DNA of 64,000 nucleotides from IMG/VR virus record IMGVR_UViG_2579778941_000001, one strand, 5' to 3'. A program made the position numbers and the translations under genes. Shown one piece after another: positions 1 through 9,377 of the stretch. The number at the start of each line of letters is the position of its first letter. Position 1 is the first letter of the stretch. Source of the stretch: a virus (Duplodnaviria; Heunggongvirae; Uroviricota; Caudoviricetes). The notes under the pieces were generated by a model. It did no database searches. It worked only from the letters and a program-made list of their open reading frames with translations, and was not told the origin of the DNA.

Positions 1-334
1 CCGCCGCAACCAGTTGTTTCTGAACTTCAGCTTTTCGTTCCATTTGCCTGTCAGCATATTTGGCTTGTTCTGATTCATTTTTCACTTCCTGGCTGTGAAA
101 ATGTTGCTCTGCTTTGTTCATCGTCTCAATGGTCTGGTTAAGATCCATTATTGACTTATCACGTTCCTTAACAGCCTGATCAAGACTGCCAATTTTCTCC
201 ATGGCTTGCTTTAGCTGATGACGTTCCCATGCAAACCCAGCACCAACAAGTGCGCAAATCAGAACAAGAACACCAGTAGCAGCAAGTTTCTCCTTCAAAG
301 ACAAAGCTGTTTTTAACGTAGAAAAGAATGACAT
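1..334 (-). CDS. Partial CDS (N-terminal part; continues past window start): signal-anchor/TM helix followed by charged helical region; hypothetical membrane protein
   Basis: Not in ORF track because it runs off the window. ATG at 334-332 on minus strand with GGAGGA RBS upstream; translation MSFFSTLKTALSLKEKLAATGVLVLICALVGAGFAW... has a hydrophobic span then a Lys/Glu/Gln-rich segment. Confidence 0.4.
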   Translation of the reverse strand, partial: MSFFSTLKTALSLKEKLAATGVLVLICALVGAGFAWERHQLKQAMEKIGSLDQAVKERDKSIMDLNQTIETMNKAEQHFHSQEVKNESEQAKYADRQMERKAEVQKQLVAA

Positions 335-373
335 GTCTTCCTCCTGAAGAAAAATTATCAATGAAGTCCTTTG

Positions 374-1162
374 TTACTGTGCCGCTTTGTTTAATTCATC
401 AAGAACAGAATCAGGAACCAAAGCGGCAACTGCGCTGGCTGTGCTGACCTTATTTGCTGATGCTTCCGCAAGCGCGGTACCGATAGCATGGTTATAAGCA
501 GTTATGGCTACGTTGGCGCTTTCATTCGCTCGTTCATACTGCTGTTGTAACGCAGTTGTGGGCGCTGTTGTCTGGTTGAAAACAACCCCAAACTGTTCAG
601 TTGCTACTTTCAGAGATTCAATTTGCTCTTCTGTTAGTGCTGGTGGGGGAGTGGCAGTGCCGCCGCCTGAACCAGAGCCTGACGAGCTTCCTGAGCCAGT
701 GTTAAGGGTCTGGTTAATCTCCCCCATAGCAGCGACTAAACTTGATGTATTAAGCGCGTTTACAGCGTCCTCAAGCGATTTAGTAATAGTCACATCACCA
801 ATGGCAATAGAGATCGGCAGTTCTGATACTTCTCGCTCATTAGCACGACAGTAAACATCCCAACCAATATCGAGTTGAAGGAGCATTGACAGATCAGCAT
901 AACCAGCCAACAGGTCCGCGTGCTTAGTTGCCAGTTCTCCAATGTTCGTTAAGCCGGTTGTGGTTGTTCTGATCGTTGAAACATAGCTGGTAATAGTGTC
1001 GGGATAGACAATTGTATCCAGAATTAATCCGGTCAATTCTTCTGCAAGCAGTTTTGCTGTGTTAGCACTGTTTCGTGCCGATGTTATGGCACCAGGTGTT
1101 TTCATCCCACCGGCGGCGGCCAATTTTTTATATGCGGATAACTGGTAGTCTTTTTCCAGCAT
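374..1162 (-). CDS. Hypothetical phage protein with Gly/Ser-rich linker (probable start MLEKDYQ at 1162, not the upstream M of the ORF track)
   Basis: Long ORF; AGGAGA RBS before the internal ATG at 1162; GSGSSSGSGSGGG linker separates two domains. No family recognised. Confidence 0.4.
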   Translation of the reverse strand: MLEKDYQLSAYKKLAAAGGMKTPGAITSARNSANTAKLLAEELTGLILDTIVYPDTITSYVSTIRTTTTGLTNIGELATKHADLLAGYADLSMLLQLDIGWDVYCRANEREVSELPISIAIGDVTITKSLEDAVNALNTSSLVAAMGEINQTLNTGSGSSSGSGSGGGTATPPPALTEEQIESLKVATEQFGVVFNQTTAPTTALQQQYERANESANVAITAYNHAIGTALAEASANKVSTASAVAALVPDSVLDELNKAAQ

Positions 1163-1170
1163 GATATCTC

Positions 1171-1455
1171 CTAACTTACCTGAACCAGGCCGTCTCCGGA
1201 CGCTACGGTAGATCCGCATGAAACAGGGTCACCAACGCATACGATCCCTTTACCATTGACGGTAAACCATGCCCTGGTTGATATAGCTTGCCCACCGTGC
1301 GTACTGTTTCCATCGGTATGCTGTGCATATTGCTTACCATCAACTAACACTTCGACTCCGTTGACTTTAAGTAGTGGTTCACTCTCTACAGGAGGCCTGG
1401 ATGGGAATCCTCCGTGCCCCGAACAAATGCTGTCTTTTGTTGCAATACTTGCCAC
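1171..1455 (-). CDS. Small Gly/Cys/His-containing protein, possibly PAAR-like spike-tip protein
   Basis: 94-aa ORF; pattern CSGHGG...HGG...GDPVSCG loosely resembles PAAR-type metal-binding folds; weak assignment. Confidence 0.3.
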   Translation of the reverse strand: MASIATKDSICSGHGGFPSRPPVESEPLLKVNGVEVLVDGKQYAQHTDGNSTHGGQAISTRAWFTVNGKGIVCVGDPVSCGSTVASGDGLVQVS

Positions 1456-1535
1456 GTCATCACCAATTATTTGCTCTGGTTTTCGTTATTTTAACTTAGG
1501 TTACTTGTGGTCTATATGGTGTTAACTATTGCATG

Positions 1536-1552
1536 ATTGCTCTAATAAATAT
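1536..1552 (+). promoter_or_regulatory. C1 repressor operator-like site (ATTGCTCTAATAAATAT) upstream of the uhr-hrdC-dmt gene block
   Basis: 16/17 match to the P1 C1 operator consensus ATTGCTCTAATAAATTT as I recall it. Confidence 0.6.
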
Positions 1553-1908
1553 TGTTTTTTATGTCGTGTTTTCGGTACCATTCAGCCATCGCCCTTCAAT
1601 GGGTATTTGTTTGGAGTCGTCAGATGCAGATGGAGCTAATAAGCCGCAAAGAGTTCGATAGCCGTGTAACCAGCGGTGAACTCGACAACTTGCAGGCTAT
1701 CAAGGTGAAAGAAGGCTTTTGCCTCATTGGGAATCAGAGCGGAACAAATCGCGTTTTTATGCTTCGCCGTACGGATTTGAAGCCATTTGTCTGGAAGAAC
1801 GAAATTGGTCCCAGCTCATACGCTCAAACTAGGGGGTGTCTCAACCTGGCCTTTTTCTACAAAAACGAGCTTTCTGTGGTTGATATTCAAGGGTTACAAC
1901 ATGTTTAA
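1552..1908 (+). CDS. Hypothetical protein upstream of the rdgC homologue (uhr-like position)
   Basis: ORF immediately preceding and overlapping hrdC start; start codon uncertain (ATG 1552 or 1623). Confidence 0.3.
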   Translation: MFFMSCFRYHSAIALQWVFVWSRQMQMELISRKEFDSRVTSGELDNLQAIKVKEGFCLIGNQSGTNRVFMLRRTDLKPFVWKNEIGPSSYAQTRGCLNLAFFYKNELSVVDIQGLQHV

Positions 1909-2806
1909 GCACTGGAAAAACATTACTATTTATAAACTTTCTCGTGAAGCGGATCTGACCGACTTAGAAGATAAAAAGAAAATGATCCTTTTCACGCCAT
2001 GCGGTAGTCAGGATATGGCCAAGTTCGGTTTTGTATCTCCATTTGGTGATAATTCCGAAGTTATCGCTATGCATGGAAATGGTTTTATCCTTGTTGAAGC
2101 AAAGCGCGAAACAAAAATCCTTCCCCCGCCGGTTATCCAGCGAGCTATTCAAGAAAAAATTGAAAAACTCGAGCAAGAACAAGCGCGTAAACTGAAGAAA
2201 ACAGAGAAGGACTCCCTGAAAGACGAAGTTCTGCATTCTCTTCTGCCACGGGCTTTTTCAAAGTTTTCTGTTATCCAGGCGATCTACGACGGTTCAACTA
2301 AACGTATCTATATCAATGCCAGCGCGCGGCAGGCAGAGGATATGCTCGCGCTTATGCGTAAATCTCTGGGTTCTCTTCCTGTTGTTCCCCTAAGTGTTGA
2401 AAATCCCATTGAATTAACGCTGACCGACTGGGTACGTGATGGTAGTGCTCCACAGGGATTTCAAATGGGGGATGCGGCAGAACTTAAGGCAGTGCTTGAG
2501 GATGGCGGTATTGCCCGAGTGAAAAAGCAGGATTTGGGAAGCGATGAAATTTCCACACACCTGGAAGCTGGCAAGCTCGTTACTAAGTTGGCACTCGACT
2601 GGCAGAACCGCATTAAATTTACACTGGACCATAACTTCAGCCTTACCAGCGTCAAATTTGCGGATGAATTGCTTGAGCAGAACTCTGATATTGATAGTGA
2701 AGATGTTGCGCAGCGACTGGACGCAGATTTCTTCCTGTTGACCAGTGAAATTTCGTGCCTGGTTGATGCTCTGGTAAATGCCCTTGGTGGAGAGGCTAAG
2801 CAGTGA
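1901..2806 (+). CDS. hrdC: RdgC-family recombination-associated protein (P1 HrdC-like)
   Basis: N-terminus [13 protein letters not shown]...[19 protein letters not shown] matches the RdgC family N-terminal signature; about 301 aa like RdgC; start is an internal ATG of track ORF 1787..2806. Confidence 0.85.
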   Translation: MFKHWKNITIYKLSREADLTDLEDKKKMILFTPCGSQDMAKFGFVSPFGDNSEVIAMHGNGFILVEAKRETKILPPPVIQRAIQEKIEKLEQEQARKLKKTEKDSLKDEVLHSLLPRAFSKFSVIQAIYDGSTKRIYINASARQAEDMLALMRKSLGSLPVVPLSVENPIELTLTDWVRDGSAPQGFQMGDAAELKAVLEDGGIARVKKQDLGSDEISTHLEAGKLVTKLALDWQNRIKFTLDHNFSLTSVKFADELLEQNSDIDSEDVAQRLDADFFLLTSEISCLVDALVNALGGEAKQ

Positions 2807-4821
2807 AAGAGCTGTGCTATGGATCTGTTTGCAGTGGAATTGAAGCCGCGAGTATTGCCTGGGAACCGTTGGGTATGCGTCCGGCGTGGTTTGCTGAAAT
2901 CGAGCCTTTTCCATCTGCCGTTCTTGCGCACCGCTGGCCCCATGTCGCCAACCTTGGCGATATGACAAAACTTGCCAAAAAAGTCCTGGCTGGGGAAATC
3001 GAATCCCCTGATGTGCTCGTCGGGGGTACGCCTTGTCAGGCATTCAGTATCGCGGGCTTACGTGGTGGGCTTGATGATGAACGCGGCGCGCTAACTTTGA
3101 AGTATGTGGAGCTTGCAAATGCAATTGACGACAAACGGTCTGAGTCCTTCCTCAAACCGACAGTTATCGTCTGGGAAAATGTCCCAGGAGTCCTGTCATC
3201 GGCAGATAACGCCTTCGGATGTTTCCTTGCCGGATTGGCTGGAGAAGATGCGCCATTTGAACCAGGTGATCGACCTGAATCAGGAAAAAGTAACGCGTTC
3301 TGGCGGTGGGATGGCAAAACCGGTTGCCATGCTCCAAAGTGGCCGCAGTGTGGTTGTATTTATGGACCGCAGCGAAAGGTGGCCTGGAGAATCCTTGATG
3401 CCCAATACTTCGGAGTGGCACAACGACGCCGACGCGTGTTTGTTGTCGCAAGTGCTCGAACAGACCTCGATCCCGCAACGGTACTTTTTGAGTTCGAAGG
3501 CGTGCGCCGGAATATTGCGCCGAGCAGAGGCGAGGGGAAGGAAACTACCAGATATACTTCAAACATCGCTATCAGATCTTGCGATGATACAAACATAGTT
3601 GCCATGGCACATGGGCAAGGAGGGGCTGAGATAAAAACCGATAATTCGGCACCAACTTTGACATGTAACCATGAAGCACCAATTGTATTGCTCGTCGACG
3701 GTAGAATGCGCCGTCTTATCCCTGTCGAATGTGAAAGGCTGCAAGGTTTTCCTGATGGACATACATTGATCCCTACGGAAAAGCGTAAAAAAGTTTCTTC
3801 AGATGAACTGGCATACCTTCGCAAAAACTATCCTGATTTGAGCGAAGAAGAGGCCGCGATGCTTGCAGCTGACGGACCGCGTTACAAAGCGATCGGCAAT
3901 AGTATGGCGATACCAGTAATGCGCTGGATTGGCGATCGGATTGCCAAGGCTGCATGTCGGCAGAAGGAAGGGAGTGAAACAAAAGAGCGAAAAGTTAAAC
4001 CAGCGGCAGAATTCGAACGGTCCATATTCAAATGGGCTGGTGGAAAATTTGGTGTTCTGGAACAAATCTTTCGCTATTTGCCAGAAGGGAAGCGCCTGAT
4101 TGAGCCTTTCGTTGGTGGCGGAGCTGTCTTCATGAATGCCGGATACCAGGAAAATCTGCTAAATGATGTGAATGCTGACCTGATTAACTTTTACAAGACT
4201 CTGCAACGCGAGGCGCATTCACTTATCACTCTGGCACATCGTTTCTTCCAGGACTACAACACGCAGGAAGGATACCTGGCAGTACGGAATGCGTTTAACA
4301 AACAAGTCTATGATGATTTACATCGCGCAGCGGCGTTTTTGTTCCTGAACCGACATTGTTTTAACGGATTGACGCGTTACAACCAAGCCGGTGAGTTCAA
4401 TGTCGGTTATGGGAAGTATAAAACTCCGTATTTCCCATTGCAGGAGATGGAAGCCTTCCTTGGTGCGGAAGGGCGTTCTGAGTTTGTATGTGGTGATTTT
4501 GCTGCGGTGATTGAAGCTGCCGGAGAAGGAGATGTCATCTTTTGCGATCCGCCGTATGAACCGCTCCCAAATACAGAGGGATTCACGAACTATTCCGGTC
4601 ATGACTTTAAGTTTGAAGAGCAAAAACGCCTGGCGTCTCTGTTGACGGATGCTCATCGCCGAGGTGCAAAGGTTCTCATTACTAACAGTGGCGCGCCAAA
4701 CATCAGAGAACTTTATCAGGACAGTGGCTTCAGAGTGGAACCTCTTTTTGCCAGACGTTCTGTGTCTTGTAAGGGGGACACTCGAGGTGTTGCTCATGAC
4801 GTTATAGCAATATTGCTCTAA
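2803..4821 (+). CDS. dmt: Bifunctional DNA methyltransferase: N-terminal C5-cytosine MTase domain fused to C-terminal Dam-like N6-adenine MTase domain
   Basis: C5 motifs [12 protein letters not shown] (PCQ), ENVPG (ENV), QRRRRVF; C-terminal [10 protein letters not shown]...[10 protein letters not shown]...FCDPPYEP is a clear Dam/D12-class signature. GTG start overlapping hrdC stop. Confidence 0.9.
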   Translation: MKELCYGSVCSGIEAASIAWEPLGMRPAWFAEIEPFPSAVLAHRWPHVANLGDMTKLAKKVLAGEIESPDVLVGGTPCQAFSIAGLRGGLDDERGALTLKYVELANAIDDKRSESFLKPTVIVWENVPGVLSSADNAFGCFLAGLAGEDAPFEPGDRPESGKSNAFWRWDGKTGCHAPKWPQCGCIYGPQRKVAWRILDAQYFGVAQRRRRVFVVASARTDLDPATVLFEFEGVRRNIAPSRGEGKETTRYTSNIAIRSCDDTNIVAMAHGQGGAEIKTDNSAPTLTCNHEAPIVLLVDGRMRRLIPVECERLQGFPDGHTLIPTEKRKKVSSDELAYLRKNYPDLSEEEAAMLAADGPRYKAIGNSMAIPVMRWIGDRIAKAACRQKEGSETKERKVKPAAEFERSIFKWAGGKFGVLEQIFRYLPEGKRLIEPFVGGGAVFMNAGYQENLLNDVNADLINFYKTLQREAHSLITLAHRFFQDYNTQEGYLAVRNAFNKQVYDDLHRAAAFLFLNRHCFNGLTRYNQAGEFNVGYGKYKTPYFPLQEMEAFLGAEGRSEFVCGDFAAVIEAAGEGDVIFCDPPYEPLPNTEGFTNYSGHDFKFEEQKRLASLLTDAHRRGAKVLITNSGAPNIRELYQDSGFRVEPLFARRSVSCKGDTRGVAHDVIAILL

Positions 4822-4828
4822 TAAATTT
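4812..4828 (+). promoter_or_regulatory. C1 operator (ATTGCTCTAATAAATTT, exact consensus) overlapping dmt stop codon
   Basis: Exact 17-bp match to the consensus. Confidence 0.65.
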
Positions 4829-5005
4829 ATTAGTGTAATATCGCCTCAATGAATCGTGATTTATAGAGCGATTTAGCTGTTAGCCGCGACAGGCGCGGCG
4901 GCAAGTATGGCGGGGTAGTGACTCCTTCCCCCTCATGACGCCGAGTTGCCAGGTTGACCATACGCCTAAGTGGCAACACCGAAGTGCGTTACGAGCTTCC
5001 AGTTT

Positions 5006-5031
5006 GCCCATCTTCGGGTGGGCGTTTTTTT
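5006..5031 (+). terminator. Rho-independent terminator downstream of dmt
   Basis: GCCCA-loop-TGGGC hairpin followed by T8 run. Confidence 0.55.
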
Positions 5032-5496
5032 CAGGGTTTTCGTCATGGTTAGCGACTTTGCGGCGGTTTAGAAACTGACCATTAAAGTAAATGCAAACGA
5101 TGATCTGATGATGGTAGCGGCCTAAGAAGCCAGACGCCACGGGGTATGAGTCGTCCCCCGTCAAAAAATCGACCGCAGAGTGTCCCCGTCTGTGTATTAG
5201 GGAACGGGGAGGCACAACAGGTAAGGGCGCTGGTGTGATTAACCAGATGAACGAGAAGGGGCCATCTGTTGGTCAGCGTCCTTTCCTGTTGCGTCTTCTT
5301 TTCAGCGTAACAGCGGTGCTTAACAGCACTTTGGGTACAGTTCCACGAATTTACGGGTATATCCCGTCATGCTGAAAGCGCTAATCACGCTGGAAGCCAG
5401 GGTTATGCATCCCCTGTTACCGAATTGCAGCCAGGGCGCGGTGCGCCGAAAAGCATACGGAGGTGGAAGCCCTCGCCGGAGACGTACCCGGCAAGT

Positions 5497-5572
5497 GATG
5501 GTGTAGCTCAGCGGTTAGAGCGGTTGACTGTTAATCAACGGGTCGATGGTTCAAATCCATCCACCATCGCCA
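5497..5572 (+). tRNA. tRNA-Asn (anticodon GTT)
   Basis: Hand-folded cloverleaf: acceptor GATGGTG/CACCATC, D-arm GCTC/GAGC, anticodon stem GTTGA/TCAAC with loop CTGTTAA, T-arm GATGG-TTCAAAT-CCATC, encoded CCA; 76 nt. Confidence 0.88.
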
Positions 5573-5574
5573 AT

Positions 5575-5650
5575 GCCGGTTTAGCTCAGTTGGTAGAGCG
5601 CCTGCCTTGTAAGCAGGATGTCAGCGGTTCGAGTCCGTTAATCGGCACCA
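5575..5650 (+). tRNA. tRNA-Thr (anticodon TGT)
   Basis: Hand-folded: acceptor GCCGGTT/AATCGGC, anticodon stem CCTGC/GCAGG with loop CTTGTAA, T-loop TTCGAGT, encoded CCA; 76 nt, 2 nt after tRNA-Asn. Confidence 0.88.
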
Positions 5651-5651
5651 G

Positions 5652-6450
5652 CACAACAGGTAAGGGTATTTTGCGACGTCGGAGATCGCCGAGCTTGGCA
5701 GAGGGTTCGAATCCCTACGAAGTACCCTTACCGTTGTGATGAATGCGCAGGCTGATGCGCGAAAGACATTGCAGCTATTGCGGAAAAGAGCTGTTCGGCG
5801 GGGCAATTAAACGCCCGTGAGAGTCTGAAATAACCGCAAGCCGGAGATCAGCACCGGTCATCACAACACAACAGGTAAGGGCATTCTCCCTTATGGGGCT
5901 TGGCTTAAATGCATCGAGTGCTCTTACCGTTGTGATGAAGTGCAGCTCTTTGAAGCAACCAGAAGATAAGCATCTGGCTTCACAACATAAACCGCAGGAA
6001 CGACCAATAAACGGTAGTCCGTATGGAGAACACCCCGTTGAGGAAGAGGCCTGGCCGGAACCGTAACCGGCACTACAACGTTGAGAACACTGGCGTAACG
6101 GGGTCATATCCCAATCTACGAATAAATGTTGCGTTGCAGCGTGACAACCAGTGTTCTCAACATTGTGGTGAATGCACAGGCTGATGTGCCGCAACTACAG
6201 TAGTGCGCGCTTTGCGGGGCTTGCTACAACCCTGTGTCGGAGTTCAGCACCGACCATCACAGTTTGATTCTCTGGCATGAGCATAACGCTGAAATAAGTC
6301 CAGCTTGGTGCGGCCCGATCACCCGCCGTTAGCTCCACGAAACGGAGCACGTAACAGGTAAGAGCATTCTCCTGTAACGGGTTCATATCCCAATCTACAG
6401 GTCCACCAAGAATGCTCTTTCCGTTGCGGTGAATGCGGCTAAGCGCACGC
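5652..6450. repeat. Array of four related long-stem hairpin elements (units about 5652-5760, 5859-5950, 6073-6190, 6348-6450), each followed by a conserved GTTGTGATGAATGC-like tail
   Basis: Each unit has a 14-22 bp stem (e.g. CTACAACGTTGAGAACACTGG / CCAGTGTTCTCAACATTGTGG) around a 25-55 nt loop; loops of units A, C, D contain T-arm-like hairpins (AGGGTTCGAATCCCT; GGGGTCATATCCC; GGGTTCATATCCC). No convincing ORF. Confidence 0.6.
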
Positions 6451-6578
6451 GGGGAAATGGTTATATCAGTCCATTCATTTCTCCTTGTTTCCCCGTCCAC
6501 GGTGGATAACCAGCCAAAGGACACCGGGAGGCACCCGGCACCGCAGCTTTTTTATTCGTTAAATAATGGAGTGAGAGG

Positions 6579-6815
6579 ATGCAGAACAATCCGAACAAAT
6601 GTCGAACGCTATGGGTGCGGTTATATATTTATGCCGTCCTCTGTTTGATTGTGTCACTGGTTCTGTATGTTTGGCTTTTGCCAAATATGATCTCATCTAA
6701 CAGCACAATACTTGTATTGTTGGGAGTCCTTCTCGCGCTCATTTACCCGGCTTTCGCAGTAGTCTTTTTTCGTGAAAAAACCAGGAAATTAATTAATGAA
6801 AAAAACGTTGATTAG
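6579..6815 (+). CDS. Small two-TM membrane protein, probable partner of the downstream SPFH lipoprotein
   Basis: 78 aa, two hydrophobic helices; 3' end overlaps start of 6796..7623. Confidence 0.45.
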   Translation: MQNNPNKCRTLWVRLYIYAVLCLIVSLVLYVWLLPNMISSNSTILVLLGVLLALIYPAFAVVFFREKTRKLINEKNVD

Positions 6816-7623
6816 TGCAGCGATTATTTTGGGTTCTTTATGTCTGACCGGATGCGATCGGGTAGAGCCAGGTAACGTAGGGATCAAAGTAAATAAGCTG
6901 GGGGATGATAAAGGTATCGGTGAAGTAGTTGGCGTTGGTCGCTACTGGACAGGCTTGAATACTGAAGTTTATATCTTCCCGACCTTTAAGCAAATGAAGA
7001 CATACGATGAGCCGTTCAGCTTCCAGATGAGCGACGGAACAACCATTGGTTACCACATCGGCGTAGCCTACAAGGTTGATCCAGCAAAAGTCACAACGGT
7101 ATTTCAGACCTATCGCAAAGGTGTAGATGATATTACTGATACCGATCTACGCCAGAAGGTTGCAGATGCTCTGAACCGGTTAGCCAGCAAAATGACCACC
7201 GACAAATTTATCGACGGTGGCAAATCTGAATTGCTTGATGCAGCCCTTAAAGACATTCAGGAAGAAATGACGCCAATCGGCATTCAGGTGATGAGCCTCT
7301 CTTATGTAGGTAAGCCAGAATACCCGCCAACAGTTATTGACAGTATTAACGCCAAAGTCACGGCAAACCAAAAAACCCTGCAACGCGAGCAAGAGGTCAA
7401 ACAACGTGAAGCAGAGGCCAACATGCTGCGCGCGGAAGCTGCCGGACAGGCTGATGCTATTCGCACAAAAGCCCAGGCCGAAGCTGATGCCATTCGTTTA
7501 CGTGGTGAAGCTCTGCGCCAGAACCCCGGTGTTATGGAGTTGGAAGCGATCAACAAATGGAACGGTACATTACCGCAGTATATGACCAGTAATACCGCTG
7601 TTCCGTTTGTTCCGGTGAAATAA
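6796..7623 (+). CDS. SPFH/band-7 (prohibitin-like) domain lipoprotein (plp-like position in P1)
   Basis: Signal peptide with lipobox LTGC; SPFH-like core followed by Ala/Glu/Arg-rich coiled coil (QREQEVKQREAEANMLRAEAAGQADAIRTKAQAEADAIRLRGEALRQ). Confidence 0.75.
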   Translation: MKKTLISAAIILGSLCLTGCDRVEPGNVGIKVNKLGDDKGIGEVVGVGRYWTGLNTEVYIFPTFKQMKTYDEPFSFQMSDGTTIGYHIGVAYKVDPAKVTTVFQTYRKGVDDITDTDLRQKVADALNRLASKMTTDKFIDGGKSELLDAALKDIQEEMTPIGIQVMSLSYVGKPEYPPTVIDSINAKVTANQKTLQREQEVKQREAEANMLRAEAAGQADAIRTKAQAEADAIRLRGEALRQNPGVMELEAINKWNGTLPQYMTSNTAVPFVPVK

Positions 7624-7650
7624 AAGCGTAAGCAAAATTGGCAGTAATCC

Positions 7651-7726
7651 GGCCCTTTAGCTCAGTGGTTAGAGCTGGCGACTCATAATCGCACGGTCAC
7701 CGGTTCAAGTCCGGTAGGGGCCACCA
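7651..7726 (+). tRNA. tRNA with CAT anticodon, closest to E. coli tRNA-Ile2 (ileX-like, lysidine-type) rather than tRNA-Met
   Basis: GGCCCTTTAGCTCAGTGGTTAGAGC...CTCATAA...GGTTCAAGTCC...AGGGGCCACCA; near-identical in acceptor, D and T arms to E. coli ileX as I recall it; 76 nt. Confidence 0.8.
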
Positions 7727-8012
7727 TATTTGGTTGTAACACGGCGTCTGGCACATGCGTCGTTAGCGGTCTGGTGACGTTAAAAGGGGGGAACCTTGCC
7801 CCTAGCTCAGGCAACGAACCAGGTAGCCGGAATGTGCAAGCCACCGTTTGTTGTTTCTCGGGTAAAGGGATTCACCATCCTGGCGATTCGGTGTGACAGC
7901 CGGGAAGAGTCCGGCGCATTAATCCTGATTTTCTGGTGATGACTCATATCGTTAGGAGTGATTTGAGTATGCCGATTATATCTGACATTCAGCACGCCTG
8001 GGTGGAGTGCTA

Positions 8013-9377
8013 ATGTCTGCATCCCCTCTTGAATCCATGCCAAATTCCCTTAGTGCAGAACAAGCTGTACTTGGTGGCTTAATGCTTGATAACTGCCGCT
8101 GGGATGAAGTTGCAGATCGTATAGTTGCTGATGATTTTTATACCAGTGCTCATCGTGAAATTTTCAGTGAGATGGAGAGGTTATTAAGTCATGGCAAACC
8201 GATTGATTTGATAACACTTGCTGAAGCACTTGAACAGAACGGTAAATTAGAACGCGCCGGTGGTTTTGCGTACCTTGCGGAGATGTCAAAGAACACGCCC
8301 AGCGCGGCAAATATTTGTGCTTATGCGGATATCGTTCGTGAACGCGCGGTTGTTCGTGAAATGATTTCCGTCGCAAATGAAATAGCCGAAGCTGGATATG
8401 CGCAGGATGGCAGGGGCAGCAATGAATTGCTGGATATGGCCGAGCGCCGCGTTTTTGAAATAGCTGAAAAACGACAAAAGAGCGGTAGTGGTCCAAAAGA
8501 TATCGCCAGCATTCTCGATGCAACGGTATCTCGCATAGAAGAGTTGTTTCAGCGACCACATGATGGTGTAACGGGGCTTGATACGGGATTTACCGATCTC
8601 AATAAGAAGACGGCAGGGCTTCAGCCGTCCGATCTCATCATTGTCGCCGCCCGCCCATCTATGGGGAAGACCACGTTTGCGATGAATCTCGTCGAAAATG
8701 CCGCAGTTCGTAACGATAAGCCCGTATTGGTTTTTAGCCTTGAGATGCCGAGCCACCAGCTGATGATGCGCTCACTGGCTTCTCTTGCACGCGTTGATCA
8801 GACTCGTATTCGGACAGGGCAACTTAACGACGAGGATTGGGCGCGGGTTTCTGGCGCAATGGGTATTCTGTTGGACAAGCAGAATATTTTTATTGATGAC
8901 TCAAGCGCCCTGACACCTACAGAGCTTCGTTCCCGCGCTCGTCGTGTTTATAAAGAAAATGGTGGTTTGAGCATGATTATGATCGACTACCTGCAACTTA
9001 TGCGCGTCCCCGAGCTGCAAGATAACCGAACGCTGGAAATTGCCGAGATTTCTCGCTCACTGAAGGCGTTGGCGAAGGAATTACAAGTACCGGTGGTGGC
9101 ATTGTCACAACTTAATCGATCGCTTGAACAGCGTGCGGACAAACGACCGGTAAATTCAGATTTACGTGAATCAGGAGCAATTGAGCAGGACGCAGACCTG
9201 ATCATGTTTCTGTATCGCGACGAAGTTTATCACCCGGATAGCGAAATGAAGGGCATTGCCGAGGTAATTATCGGAAAGCAACGAAATGGCCCAATTGGCA
9301 CGGTGAGATTGGCTTTTAACGGCCAATACTCACGGTTTGATAACTATGCTGGTGCTGACTGGCAAGAGGATTATTAA
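8013..9377 (+). CDS. ban: Replicative DNA helicase, DnaB family (P1 Ban)
   Basis: DnaB N-terminal domain (AEQAVLGGLMLD), Walker A region (ARPSMGKTTFAMN), DnaB C-terminal motifs (DLRESGAIEQDADLIMFLYRDEVY). Start ATG 8013 (GTG 8007 alternative). Confidence 0.9.
   Translation: MSASPLESMPNSLSAEQAVLGGLMLDNCRWDEVADRIVADDFYTSAHREIFSEMERLLSHGKPIDLITLAEALEQNGKLERAGGFAYLAEMSKNTPSAANICAYADIVRERAVVREMISVANEIAEAGYAQDGRGSNELLDMAERRVFEIAEKRQKSGSGPKDIASILDATVSRIEELFQRPHDGVTGLDTGFTDLNKKTAGLQPSDLIIVAARPSMGKTTFAMNLVENAAVRNDKPVLVFSLEMPSHQLMMRSLASLARVDQTRIRTGQLNDEDWARVSGAMGILLDKQNIFIDDSSALTPTELRSRARRVYKENGGLSMIMIDYLQLMRVPELQDNRTLEIAEISRSLKALAKELQVPVVALSQLNRSLEQRADKRPVNSDLRESGAIEQDADLIMFLYRDEVYHPDSEMKGIAEVIIGKQRNGPIGTVRLAFNGQYSRFDNYAGADWQEDY

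Noticed and set aside
4880-5215. Minus-strand ORF 4880..5215 in the dmt-tRNA intergenic region
   Set aside because: Spans the dmt terminator hairpin, has no RBS, and lies in a probable promoter/leader region for the tRNA genes.
5651-5740. Third tRNA gene immediately after tRNA-Thr (contains GGTTCGAATCC T-loop)
   Set aside because: No D-arm or anticodon arm can be formed; the stem is far longer than an acceptor stem and extra nucleotides lie between the T-arm and the 3' strand; treated as part of the hairpin repeat array.
5652-6450. CRISPR array interpretation of the repeat region
   Set aside because: Units are about 100 bp imperfect hairpins at irregular 200-275 bp spacing, not short identical direct repeats with uniform spacers; no cas genes in the window.
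5775-6524. Minus-strand ORFs 5775..6194 and 6195..6524 in the repeat region
   Set aside because: Cys/Arg-rich translations running through inverted repeats with no RBS; consistent with chance ORFs over structured non-coding DNA.
7740-7860. tRNA-like TAGCTCAG motif upstream of ban
   Set aside because: No complementary D-stem, anticodon or T-arm could be built; likely ban leader sequence.
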